From IMG/VR virus record IMGVR_UViG_3300044638_007755: a stretch of DNA of 64,000 bases, one strand, 5' to 3'. The stretch's first letter is position 1, and each line of letters begins with the position of its first letter. The translations under genes and the position numbers were made by a program. The notes under the pieces were generated by a model. The model searched no databases. It was not told the DNA's origin and was given only the letters and a program-made list of their open reading frames with translations. This DNA is from an uncultured virus (IMG/VR IMGVR_UViG_3300044638_007755) (Duplodnaviria > Heunggongvirae > Uroviricota > Caudoviricetes). Shown here in pieces: positions 21,316 through 29,612 of the stretch.

Positions 21316-22976
21316 TTTTGATTCTTCAGCTTTGCGTATAGGATAAAATCTTCGTCAAAAGAAACTTTGTCTTCTTTGACCTTCTCAGCATGGTTTTGAT
21401 TATTAACCAAGATTTGTAAATAGTCTTCTATGTTGTTATATCCAAAAGGAATAATTTGAGTTGGTCCGCCTTGAGCAAATCCATAATCAGCATCTCGTAG
21501 CATACCTAGAATTTTTGCAGATGCTATCATGTCCGGTTTGTTGAAAGGATAGCTACAGGTTGATAATAGTGTTTCGAAATGATCGTGACGATTAATATTT
21601 TGAGATTTTTGTATTGGGCCAATCGTCTGGGCTTTAGAGTCCCAATTTGATCTGAACCCTGATTGGTCTAAGCTATCCAGATACTTTTCCCATGTTTCGG
21701 CTACTTGATCCCAATCATAATATTTTTCTGTCAATTTTCTAATTGTTTGTCTTTTATTGTTTCTAATATCTTCTGGTAACTGTATATAATCTAAGATAAT
21801 ACTGGCCAAGTGATCATTATCTGGATATACTCTTAATGCTTTGGTTTCGAGTTCCTTGAACTTGGTTTTAACCCTGATTGGGAAGGCATCGAGCTTTTTA
21901 ATAACGTCGCACATAGCACTATAATCAACCGTTGCAACGGGTACTCCACAGGCCCCGGCCTCCACTTGAGGCATCCCAAATCCCTCACATATGGAATATT
22001 GAACGTAAAGATCGAACAGATTATATACGTCTGCTAAATTTGATGAGCTAAATCCATCTGTAACAGATGGCATACCGCATGTTTTGTGCAAACATTTTTG
22101 ACAAACTGTTTGAACACCACTATAAACATTACAGCTAGTATTTTTGCAACTTTTGCATACATACGAAAAGAAAACCTTGTTAGCTAATCTAGTATCCTTT
22201 AAGAGTTCGGGAATATCCCATCCCATATCTGGATAGCTGGTATGTAGATATAAAAATAGTCTTGAGCCAAGTTCTGGATTAGTATTTTCAAGATTATCTA
22301 AGACAGAGCGAAAAGATGTTAGCAGTTCTGGAAAGAGTTTCCTTTTTTGATTTCTCATGACAGAACCAATGATAATGTCATTATCTTTGAATCCTGCTGC
22401 TTTTTTTATAGCTGTTCTGTCTTTGATCTTAAATGTATTTAAATCAACTCCTGGAGAAACAGTATCAATATATTTAATCTTGTTGGAGCTTTGTTTTTTA
22501 AGAACTTCTGCACCCCAATCAGAATATGTAAAAATAGCATCTGCCGATAAGAAGGTATCTATCCAGTCCTCTTGTTGTGGTTCAGAATCCACTGTTGGCA
22601 TCAGAATCCAATGAAAATACTTACGCAAAGGCGACGTTTCTTGGTATGCTGTCATCCAATAGTCTCTAATATCAATAACTACATCTGGCTTAAAATCTAA
22701 TAGAACTTTCTCAAATCTCCATCGACCAAATTGGTTATCTCCTCTAGACGTATATTCTTTATGTCTAGGGTCCGTGTCTTTTACAGCGTTTGCGTAGTAG
22801 GTCCACTCAATGTCTTTGTCTCTTGGGTCATTGACAAAACCATAAGAAGCAAATTCTGCAATAACATATTTGTTGGTTTTATGAAGACGAGAGAGTAGTT
22901 CTTTGGTATACGTTCCAAATCCAGAATTTAAAAAACTAGCTTCGGAACACATTAAGATTTTAAGTTTGTTTGACAT
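21312..22976 (-). CDS. GT4 family glycosyltransferase with Cys-rich insertion
   Basis: SGFGTY N-terminal loop, RNQKRK, and YNLFDLYVQYSICEGFGMPQVEAGACGVP (intact EX7E). CKSC...CQKC insert. Confidence 0.9.
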   Translation of the reverse strand: MSNKLKILMCSEASFLNSGFGTYTKELLSRLHKTNKYVIAEFASYGFVNDPRDKDIEWTYYANAVKDTDPRHKEYTSRGDNQFGRWRFEKVLLDFKPDVVIDIRDYWMTAYQETSPLRKYFHWILMPTVDSEPQQEDWIDTFLSADAIFTYSDWGAEVLKKQSSNKIKYIDTVSPGVDLNTFKIKDRTAIKKAAGFKDNDIIIGSVMRNQKRKLFPELLTSFRSVLDNLENTNPELGSRLFLYLHTSYPDMGWDIPELLKDTRLANKVFFSYVCKSCKNTSCNVYSGVQTVCQKCLHKTCGMPSVTDGFSSSNLADVYNLFDLYVQYSICEGFGMPQVEAGACGVPVATVDYSAMCDVIKKLDAFPIRVKTKFKELETKALRVYPDNDHLASIILDYIQLPEDIRNNKRQTIRKLTEKYYDWDQVAETWEKYLDSLDQSGFRSNWDSKAQTIGPIQKSQNINRHDHFETLLSTCSYPFNKPDMIASAKILGMLRDADYGFAQGGPTQIIPFGYNNIEDYLQILVNNQNHAEKVKEDKVSFDEDFILYAKLKNQK

Positions 22977-22987
22977 ATTATAGATAC

Positions 22988-23010
22988 AAAATAAGGGGGC
23001 TTTCGCCCCC
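22988..23010 (-). terminator. Rho-independent terminator downstream of ssb
   Basis: Minus strand reads GGGGGC-GAAA-GCCCCC followed by TTATTTT: a 6-bp GC stem, GNRA loop and U-rich tail. Confidence 0.85.
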
Positions 23011-23040
23011 GTATTCTGCTTTTTCCTGGATGAATTATGT

Positions 23041-23415
23041 TCAGAAAGCTACAGACTCAGCATTTTCTGTTTTACTACTTGGTCGTGATAGCTTAGCGAT
23101 CTTTGAAAAGTTATTTACTCTAACCTTCAAGCTGCTGTGTTTCACACCGTCTTTTTCCCACGAGTCATTTCGTAAAGATCCCTCAATCATTACTAGATCA
23201 CCCTTCTTAAAGGATTCTGCAATCATCTCAGCCCCGGTATCCCAGGCTTCACAGTTAATAAAGGAAGTAATCTTATCCTTATCTCCGCTAGCCTTCACAT
23301 ACTCTCTAGATACTGCAACAGTAAAGTTGACCACAGATGTTTGCTTACCTGAAGTGTTAACAATACGCAATTCTGGATCTCTAGCTAAATTCCCTCGAAG
23401 CAAAGTAATATTCAT
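23041..23415 (-). CDS. ssb: Single-stranded DNA-binding protein
   Basis: LRGNLARDPELR...VVNFTVAV...FINCEAW...KGDLVMIEGSL. C-terminal ...ESVAF tail. AGGAG RBS upstream. Confidence 0.95.
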   Translation of the reverse strand: MNITLLRGNLARDPELRIVNTSGKQTSVVNFTVAVSREYVKASGDKDKITSFINCEAWDTGAEMIAESFKKGDLVMIEGSLRNDSWEKDGVKHSSLKVRVNNFSKIAKLSRPSSKTENAESVAF

Positions 23416-23466
23416 ATGAATATTCTCCTAAAAGTTTAAACTCAAAAAAACTCAAACGCCATGAGT

Positions 23467-23494
23467 ATTATATTTGGAGTCGGGTTGGTGTCAA
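23467..23494 (-). promoter_or_regulatory. Consensus sigma70-type promoter for ssb
   Basis: Minus strand TTGACA (23494-23489), a 16-nt spacer, then TATAAT (23472-23467). The -35 box overlaps the dnaE-C stop codon. Confidence 0.85.
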
Positions 23495-25116
23495 GTGACT
23501 GGGATGAAACATTTTTCTACTATAAGACCGTCTTTGGTCTTGCTTTTATTTCCTACAAAAACGAGAATATTCTCAACAAATAAATGATGTTTATATTTAG
23601 CTAATTGTTCTGGAAAAAAGACAACAGAATCCAATACTCCGTACTGATCTTCAATTGTGAGAAAGGCCATTTCTTGTCCTGGATTTTTACCGTTTTTGGT
23701 TTTGGTAATATTGATATTACTAATTTCGGCAGCTAAAACAATATTTTCTTTGGTAAAAGTAGTTTTAAATGTTTTACAGTTACAGTTTGACATACTAGTA
23801 TCATAAGTATCCAGCTTGGAACAGGTTATTGCTGTGCCAAGTAAAGAATTCTCAGAGTCAGATAACCACTCAATTTTATCTAGCAAAGAATATGGAGGTT
23901 TATCTATAGACTGAATTAAAGCTTGAATATTAGGTTGCCTATTTTTAGTCACTTTTTTGATTAACAACATAGAACCTAATGCTTCTTTGAGGTTCTTGGG
24001 ATTGCTTTCTGATATTATTTCCATTAAAAGCTGTAATTCTTTTTTAGTTAAAGAAGAGCATATATCATATTCAAATAGCATCTCTGTTCTATTCTTTTTT
24101 AAATAGTCCAAAGCCCCAGCAGAGATCAATGCTTTACTTGCTGTTGAATTAATATTGAGCAGTAGTTGAGTTAGGATTTGTAGCCATGTTGCGGTTTTGA
24201 GGTCTATTTCTTTTGTTAAGCTTAATATCTTCTTAAAGACAGATTGACCAACCCCTTTGATATCTGTTAATCCAAAATAAATAATCTTATTCTTGAGAAT
24301 AAAGAATTCGTTTAGATATCGTATATCTGGAATAGAAACAATAATATCCATTTCGGTTGCATTTCTAACCAGCTCTTTTATTTCCTGTTGAGGATCTATT
24401 TTGTCTTTAGCAAATCTTAGATATGATGCAAAAAAGATTCTTGGGAAGTGTGCTTTCGCATATGCTGACATATAAGCATTAATAGCATATGAAATCGCGT
24501 GGGACTTATTAAAACTATATCTCTGAGATTTTTCTATCCAACCGAAAATCTCTTCTGCTTCAGATTCGTCAACAATTTTAACCTTTTTTGCTCCCTCAAT
24601 GAATTTCTTTTTAACCTTAGCCATTTCTTCTGGTTTCTTTTTCCCAATAGCTTTTCTTAACATATCGGCTTCTTGAAGATCAAATCCCGCAATTTTTTGT
24701 GAGATTTGCATAGCCTGTTCTTGGTAGACCATTTCTGAGTAGGTACTCTTTAAAGATTCTTCAAGAGCAGGATGGAAAAAGTCAATTGACTCAGATCCAT
24801 TCTTTTTATCTATATAGTGATTAGATACGCTTTTGCCATCTCTATAGGCTTCCAAACATCCTGGTCTAAGAATACTGATCAGACCAGATAGCTGTTCCAT
24901 ATTTTCTGGTTTAAGCTTACGGGCCATCGTTTGGCCTAACCTAGACTCTAGCTGAAAACAACCTTTTGTATTTCCTTCTGATATCAGTTCCCATGTTCTT
25001 TGGCAATCTAAATTTAGATTCTCTACATTTGGAGTAAAATCAATTTTAGGGAATTCACCAGACTGAGAAATAACAGGAAATTTACAACCGCAATCAAAAG
25101 TATAATACTCAGCCAT
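23491..25116 (-). CDS. dnaE: DNA polymerase III alpha subunit, C-terminal half (fingers, HhH, OB fold)
   Basis: TKGCFQLES, LRPG, MVYQEQAM, ADMLRKAIGKK, YSFNKSHAISYA, FGLTDIKGVG and MAFLTIED motifs. No PHP domain or catalytic aspartates. Confidence 0.93.
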   Translation of the reverse strand: MAEYYTFDCGCKFPVISQSGEFPKIDFTPNVENLNLDCQRTWELISEGNTKGCFQLESRLGQTMARKLKPENMEQLSGLISILRPGCLEAYRDGKSVSNHYIDKKNGSESIDFFHPALEESLKSTYSEMVYQEQAMQISQKIAGFDLQEADMLRKAIGKKKPEEMAKVKKKFIEGAKKVKIVDESEAEEIFGWIEKSQRYSFNKSHAISYAINAYMSAYAKAHFPRIFFASYLRFAKDKIDPQQEIKELVRNATEMDIIVSIPDIRYLNEFFILKNKIIYFGLTDIKGVGQSVFKKILSLTKEIDLKTATWLQILTQLLLNINSTASKALISAGALDYLKKNRTEMLFEYDICSSLTKKELQLLMEIISESNPKNLKEALGSMLLIKKVTKNRQPNIQALIQSIDKPPYSLLDKIEWLSDSENSLLGTAITCSKLDTYDTSMSNCNCKTFKTTFTKENIVLAAEISNINITKTKNGKNPGQEMAFLTIEDQYGVLDSVVFFPEQLAKYKHHLFVENILVFVGNKSKTKDGLIVEKCFIPVT

Positions 25117-25807
25117 TTGCTGTACACGATCCTTTAAATTTTACCTTAGATGATGTGTTCCTAAATAGTCTCATAAACCTAATCAAAAGCTCTGCTGTGT
25201 CTTTAACATCTTTAAGAGCATCATGTGAACCTTCTTTGCTTAAACCAAAGTAATCTCTTACATGGTCTAGTGTGTAATTTTTGAGTTCGTTATTACCTTC
25301 GAACCAATAAAATACAACATTCATTAAATCCACAACGTCTCTTGGATAAAAAAGACTGGATTTTCCTTCCTTATTGATGTTCTTATATTTCTGACTTAAT
25401 CTATCTATGATTTTTAAGTCGAATCTGTTAATATTATATCCAGCAGCAATAGGGGCACTAAAGCAAGATTTTCTATCGGACCTTGTATGATACATATCTA
25501 GGTAAGATACAAACATCTTCCATCCATGCTCTTGTTTCTGATAAGAATGCCAATCTGATAGAATCTTGTCTTTAGCGCACCCCCTTACTTTGGCATGAAA
25601 ATCAAGAACATCGCTATCTTCATAGGCGTATTCTTCTTTTTCTTCCAAAGCTGCTGGTTTTAGTGTGATATTAAACTCTGAATCTTTCACTATTTCTAAT
25701 CTAAAAGGATCTATAATCACAGCAGCAATTTGTACTGGACTACAGACATCTGGATTAGAACCATCTGTCTCTAAATCGAACACACAAAATTTTTGAAAAT
25801 TAGCCAT
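25109..25807 (-). CDS. DEDDh 3'-5' exonuclease (DnaQ/epsilon-like)
   Basis: ExoI FDLETDG, ExoII GYNINRFD, ExoIII HDALKD. Confidence 0.92.
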   Translation of the reverse strand: MANFQKFCVFDLETDGSNPDVCSPVQIAAVIIDPFRLEIVKDSEFNITLKPAALEEKEEYAYEDSDVLDFHAKVRGCAKDKILSDWHSYQKQEHGWKMFVSYLDMYHTRSDRKSCFSAPIAAGYNINRFDLKIIDRLSQKYKNINKEGKSSLFYPRDVVDLMNVVFYWFEGNNELKNYTLDHVRDYFGLSKEGSHDALKDVKDTAELLIRFMRLFRNTSSKVKFKGSCTANG

Positions 25808-25985
25808 TGGTTTCCACTGTTACTAGGGTATTTCCTGGGAAAAAAGTCTTCTCGTTACTGTTAGCCGAAGCAGTTGCGTTGATCGACTTGCAACAACTAA
25901 CTTTAACTTCTACTGCTTTAACATATTGTACGCCATTTACCATAAACTTATCACCTACTGCTAATTGACTGAACTGTTTCTCCAT
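25800..25985 (-). CDS. Small (61 aa) beta-rich protein with a Cys-Cys motif, inside the split dnaE locus
   Basis: GGAG RBS within the dnaE-N 3' end. Its stop overlaps the exonuclease ATG (ATGGCTAA). Sequence includes FSQLAVGDKF...VSCCKSINA. Confidence 0.75.
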   Translation of the reverse strand: MEKQFSQLAVGDKFMVNGVQYVKAVEVKVSCCKSINATASANSNEKTFFPGNTLVTVETNG

Positions 25986-25987
25986 AA

Positions 25988-27853
25988 TTATTCTCCATTT
26001 TTAAGGATATCTGTTATAGTCATAATTTTATCCAACATAGCTATACCAAGAATATCAAATTTAATCACGCCAAGGCTTTCTAAATCTTGCATCTCCATAC
26101 CAGCAATCGACTGCTTGTTCTTAGAATCATATATCATAGGACAAACAAGTTTTAGATTTTCGCTACTAATAACTACACCAGCAGCATGTTTCGATTGGTT
26201 AGATTTTGTTCCTTCTAAACGTATAGCTTGTTCAAATCTTTTAGCAAGAGGGCCTGCTAGTGTATTGTCTTCAGATATATAGCACCATTCTTTGAGTTTG
26301 TCAACATTATTTTCTAAGGCCCATCGAATAATTGATGCTTCTCCAGTATCTTCTTTCATCTCTTGTAGTTCGTCTGCAATTTTAGCTTCATCCGGAATGT
26401 ATTTAGTTATACGGTTCATTTCGTCGAAACTAATATTACCATAGACTCTTAATACTTCTTTTAGGGCTCCTCGACCCTTCATAGTATTAAATGTAATCAT
26501 TTGAGATACTTTATCGTGACCATACTTGTTTTTAATATATGAGATAATCTGTTCTCTTTTATTAATGGGTACGTCAACATCAATATCTGGCATAGAGATA
26601 TGGTCTGATGTGTTTCTACCAGCATTATAAAATCTTTCAAAGATCAAATCATACTTTATAGGATTGATAGACGTGATTCCGATTAGATATGATACTAAAC
26701 ATCCAGCAGCAGAACCTCTACCCGGACCCGGCAACCAACCCTTAGATCTAACGAGATTAACAATATCTTGCACAATTAAAAAGTAACTAGATAATCCGGC
26801 ACCTTGTAAGATTTCTAGTTCAAATTTGATTCTATCTACATACTGTTGATGGTCTTCTTTAGCTATTTGCTTATCTATTTTTTCTCTCCATCCTTTACGA
26901 CATAGTTCTCTTAGATATTCGTCGGGATTAAAGTTTGGCGGACATTTAAATTCTGGAAGAAGAGGTTTGTGTAGAATATCGTATTCTTCACATAATGAAT
27001 TTACATAGTTAGTATTTTCTATTTCTTCGTCTGTATGTAGACTTGCCATTTCTTCTGGACTTAGAATATGGAAATTATCTGACTTAAAAAAACAATCCAT
27101 AGCTACAGATTCATCGTTAAGAATTTTTTTATTGACATCAATTAGTGTTGTTTTAAGATTATTACATAGTAATATGCGTTGATCAATAGCGTCTTCTTTT
27201 TCACAATAATGGGCATCTGGAGTACAGATTACTTTAGTATTAGTTATTTGACCAAGCCTTCTAATATGCTCTGTCATTTCTATTTGTTCTTTAGAATACT
27301 CTCTATCCATTAGTTGTGCTTCTAGAAAGAAATTGTCTTGACCAAAAATATCTTTCATTTGAGCAATGAATTCTGTGCCAGACTTTTCTATGGAATCTGT
27401 GGATTCTTGAATTAGATTAGCTAGACTGGATCCCAAATGACCACAAAATCCTATAATATTACCATCTAATAGCTTGGATAGTGTTTTAAAGTCTAGTCTT
27501 GGCTTATGATAAAAGTTAGATTCTGAGTTAGATTCTGAAACAATATTAATCAAGGTTTTCCACCCAGCATAGTTTTTAGCCAAAACTAAAAAGTGACTTA
27601 GTTTGCTATTTTCTTTGACTTTTAATGAACTATTGTCTTTAGAAATATATAGCTCACAACCTAGTATTGGTTTTATCTTTTGTTTCTTAAGTGCTTGATA
27701 AAACTGTACTGTTCCAGAAATAGATCCATGATCAGTAATAGCACAAGATTGAACTCCAATTTTAGCACATCTAGTTGCTATTTGAGCTGGCTTACTAAGA
27801 CCATCCATAAGACTATAATGAGAATGTACATGCAAAGGGATGTATTGTTTCAT
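25988..27853 (-). CDS. dnaE: DNA polymerase III alpha subunit, N-terminal half (PHP plus palm/thumb), 621 aa
   Basis: Start reassigned to MKQYIPLHVHSHYSLMDG (ATG at 27853, ATGA overlap with the upstream gene). Contains TDHG, GCE, DAHY, GRGSAAG, MPDIDVD, KHAAG and KFDILG. Confidence 0.95.
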   Translation of the reverse strand: MKQYIPLHVHSHYSLMDGLSKPAQIATRCAKIGVQSCAITDHGSISGTVQFYQALKKQKIKPILGCELYISKDNSSLKVKENSKLSHFLVLAKNYAGWKTLINIVSESNSESNFYHKPRLDFKTLSKLLDGNIIGFCGHLGSSLANLIQESTDSIEKSGTEFIAQMKDIFGQDNFFLEAQLMDREYSKEQIEMTEHIRRLGQITNTKVICTPDAHYCEKEDAIDQRILLCNNLKTTLIDVNKKILNDESVAMDCFFKSDNFHILSPEEMASLHTDEEIENTNYVNSLCEEYDILHKPLLPEFKCPPNFNPDEYLRELCRKGWREKIDKQIAKEDHQQYVDRIKFELEILQGAGLSSYFLIVQDIVNLVRSKGWLPGPGRGSAAGCLVSYLIGITSINPIKYDLIFERFYNAGRNTSDHISMPDIDVDVPINKREQIISYIKNKYGHDKVSQMITFNTMKGRGALKEVLRVYGNISFDEMNRITKYIPDEAKIADELQEMKEDTGEASIIRWALENNVDKLKEWCYISEDNTLAGPLAKRFEQAIRLEGTKSNQSKHAAGVVISSENLKLVCPMIYDSKNKQSIAGMEMQDLESLGVIKFDILGIAMLDKIMTITDILKNGE

Positions 27854-28890
27854 GTTCCGGGAGCTTTGTATGATCCAAAGGAGTGATTCGGGTGCTTGTA
27901 TAGCCCTATAGTAGCGTCGATTCCATATAAGTCTAGATCGTGTTTTATTTGTTCGCACTTTGTCATGGTCGTGTCCTTTGAGCACAACTGACCATTTCTA
28001 TACTCGATAACAGGTTCGATACTAGTATTAGCAAAAGTAGTCTTACCAAAATGACACAGTTTACTACACATCCAAGACTTATTAAGTTTAGGTTTAGTAG
28101 TTTGTTTTATTATATCAAATTTTCTACGAAGTATATTTTCTGTTTCAGCAATATCGCTATCATGAAAACAAATAGAAAAAGGTCCACCATCATTAATAAA
28201 ATAGATAGAGAATATAATGTTTTTAATATCAGGATATAAGTGTTTAATGGCATAGTGGTAAATTCTTAGTTGTGGATCGTTCTCAAGCTTTTCTTGGGTT
28301 TTTTCTTGTCCCGTTGCCCAGTCTAATCTTTTACCTGTTTTCCAGTCAATTACCTCGATAGTATCTTTATTAACAAGAGTTATTAAATCAATAGTACCTT
28401 TCATGGCCAAATTACCCTCTAATACAGAACCGTCTGTAAGATTATAAGAGTATTTAGACCATGGTTTTTTTATTTCAAAATCAAAATGTTGTTCTGGCAT
28501 TAAAATATTACGATTTCTAGGATCAAACATGCCATTATTTAATTCGATTGCCTTATAAACCCAGGAATGACAATCCTTATAGTCTTTAGGTGCCCACTTG
28601 TGATGCGGAGATCTCTCTGTGTAGTGCTTGTATACTTTTTGTGTGATAGTATCCAGATTATAATTATTCACATCAATATGGCCAACTACATCATCGTCTA
28701 TTTCGGTCATACCGTCTTGCTGTCCTTTTTTAATGACAGCTAAAATTTCTAAAACCTTATGGACAATAGTTCCTTTATCGGCCTTTTGACCAGACGGACC
28801 TCTCCATCCAAGAACATATTCAATAAAATATTGTTGCTCACAAAGACTGTGGGTATTATATGAACTACTTCGAAAGTATGTGATTATAAT
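27850..28890 (-). CDS. Cas4/AddB-like PD-(D/E)XK exonuclease with putative Fe-S cluster (346 aa; probable ATT start)
   Basis: KGTIDLI...VIDWKTG...QLRIY motifs and C-terminal CSKLC...C. The frame is open upstream of the listed ATG and adds SSSYNTHSLCEQQY...KGTIVHKVLE. GAGGAG lies 8 nt upstream of ATT at 28890. Confidence 0.85.
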   Translation of the reverse strand: MIITYFRSSSYNTHSLCEQQYFIEYVLGWRGPSGQKADKGTIVHKVLEILAVIKKGQQDGMTEIDDDVVGHIDVNNYNLDTITQKVYKHYTERSPHHKWAPKDYKDCHSWVYKAIELNNGMFDPRNRNILMPEQHFDFEIKKPWSKYSYNLTDGSVLEGNLAMKGTIDLITLVNKDTIEVIDWKTGKRLDWATGQEKTQEKLENDPQLRIYHYAIKHLYPDIKNIIFSIYFINDGGPFSICFHDSDIAETENILRRKFDIIKQTTKPKLNKSWMCSKLCHFGKTTFANTSIEPVIEYRNGQLCSKDTTMTKCEQIKHDLDLYGIDATIGLYKHPNHSFGSYKAPGT

Positions 28891-29612
28891 TTTAGTATCT
28901 CCTCTAAAATATTTTTGGTTTCTGTTAGTTGTTCTAATATGGACATATTATCATTATTTAATACAAAATCAAAATTTGTCCAATTATAATTTTCTGGATC
29001 TAAGATGGTTTCGCTAATGTGGTCAGAATGATGCAAATCTCTTGAAAGTCTCAGAATTTTACCATTATTATTTTTAACTATGTCTACTTCATTTGGAAAT
29101 CTGCAGTCTGTAATAATAGCTAACTCTGGTTTATCTTTCTTTATTTTAGTAATCGTAGCTTCCACCCAAACGTCTGGTTTAATTTTACGAAATACGTCGG
29201 TTCCTATATATTGTAAAATATCTCTGGCTGATAGACACTTACCGTCTAATTGAAGGTTCGTTGGCGCATTTTTTTCTTCATCAGAACCATAACATTGATC
29301 ATAGGTTAATCCAAGAATATTCATACAAATATCCCTCTTCAAGACATCTGCAAAATTATATATCTTAATATATGGAGCTAATTTTTCAAACACTTGGGAA
29401 ATAATATAGTCGTTATTACCATAATGATTGGTAGGATCAAATACTCCAGCATAATTAGTATCCCCCAATAAATCAGATACTATAATTTGTCCATACTCGT
29501 TGATATATACTTTATTGGATATGCCAAGATTAGACATATAGATAGAGTATATAAAATTTCCAGTAGTACTTTTACCGGACTGTTTTCTTCCAGATATTCC
29601 TAATATTAGCAT
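28884..29612 (-). CDS. Deoxynucleoside monophosphate kinase (T4 gp1-like)
   Basis: GISGRKQSGKST P-loop, FADVLK, RDILQYIGTDVFR, ITDCRFPNE and HISE. Confidence 0.9.
   Translation of the reverse strand: MLILGISGRKQSGKSTTGNFIYSIYMSNLGISNKVYINEYGQIIVSDLLGDTNYAGVFDPTNHYGNNDYIISQVFEKLAPYIKIYNFADVLKRDICMNILGLTYDQCYGSDEEKNAPTNLQLDGKCLSARDILQYIGTDVFRKIKPDVWVEATITKIKKDKPELAIITDCRFPNEVDIVKNNNGKILRLSRDLHHSDHISETILDPENYNWTNFDFVLNNDNMSILEQLTETKNILEEILKL

Noticed and set aside
22970..23419. 149-aa + strand ORF and the many other short antisense or alternate-frame ORFs in the track
   Set aside because: They are shadows of well-supported genes (here ssb) and have no recognisable motifs.
23491..27853. Split intein or self-splicing intron joining the dnaE halves
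   Set aside because: No intein terminal motifs at either junction. The space between the halves is filled by two coupled ORFs, leaving no room for intron RNA structure.
27854..27985. 44-aa N-terminal extension of DnaE-N in the ORF track
   Set aside because: It overlaps the Cas4-like gene. The PHP domain begins at MKQYIPLHVH with an ATGA overlap.
27850..28890. CRISPR-Cas system suggested by the Cas4-like gene
   Set aside because: No repeat-spacer array and no other cas genes seen. Solo Cas4-like nucleases are common in phage replication modules.
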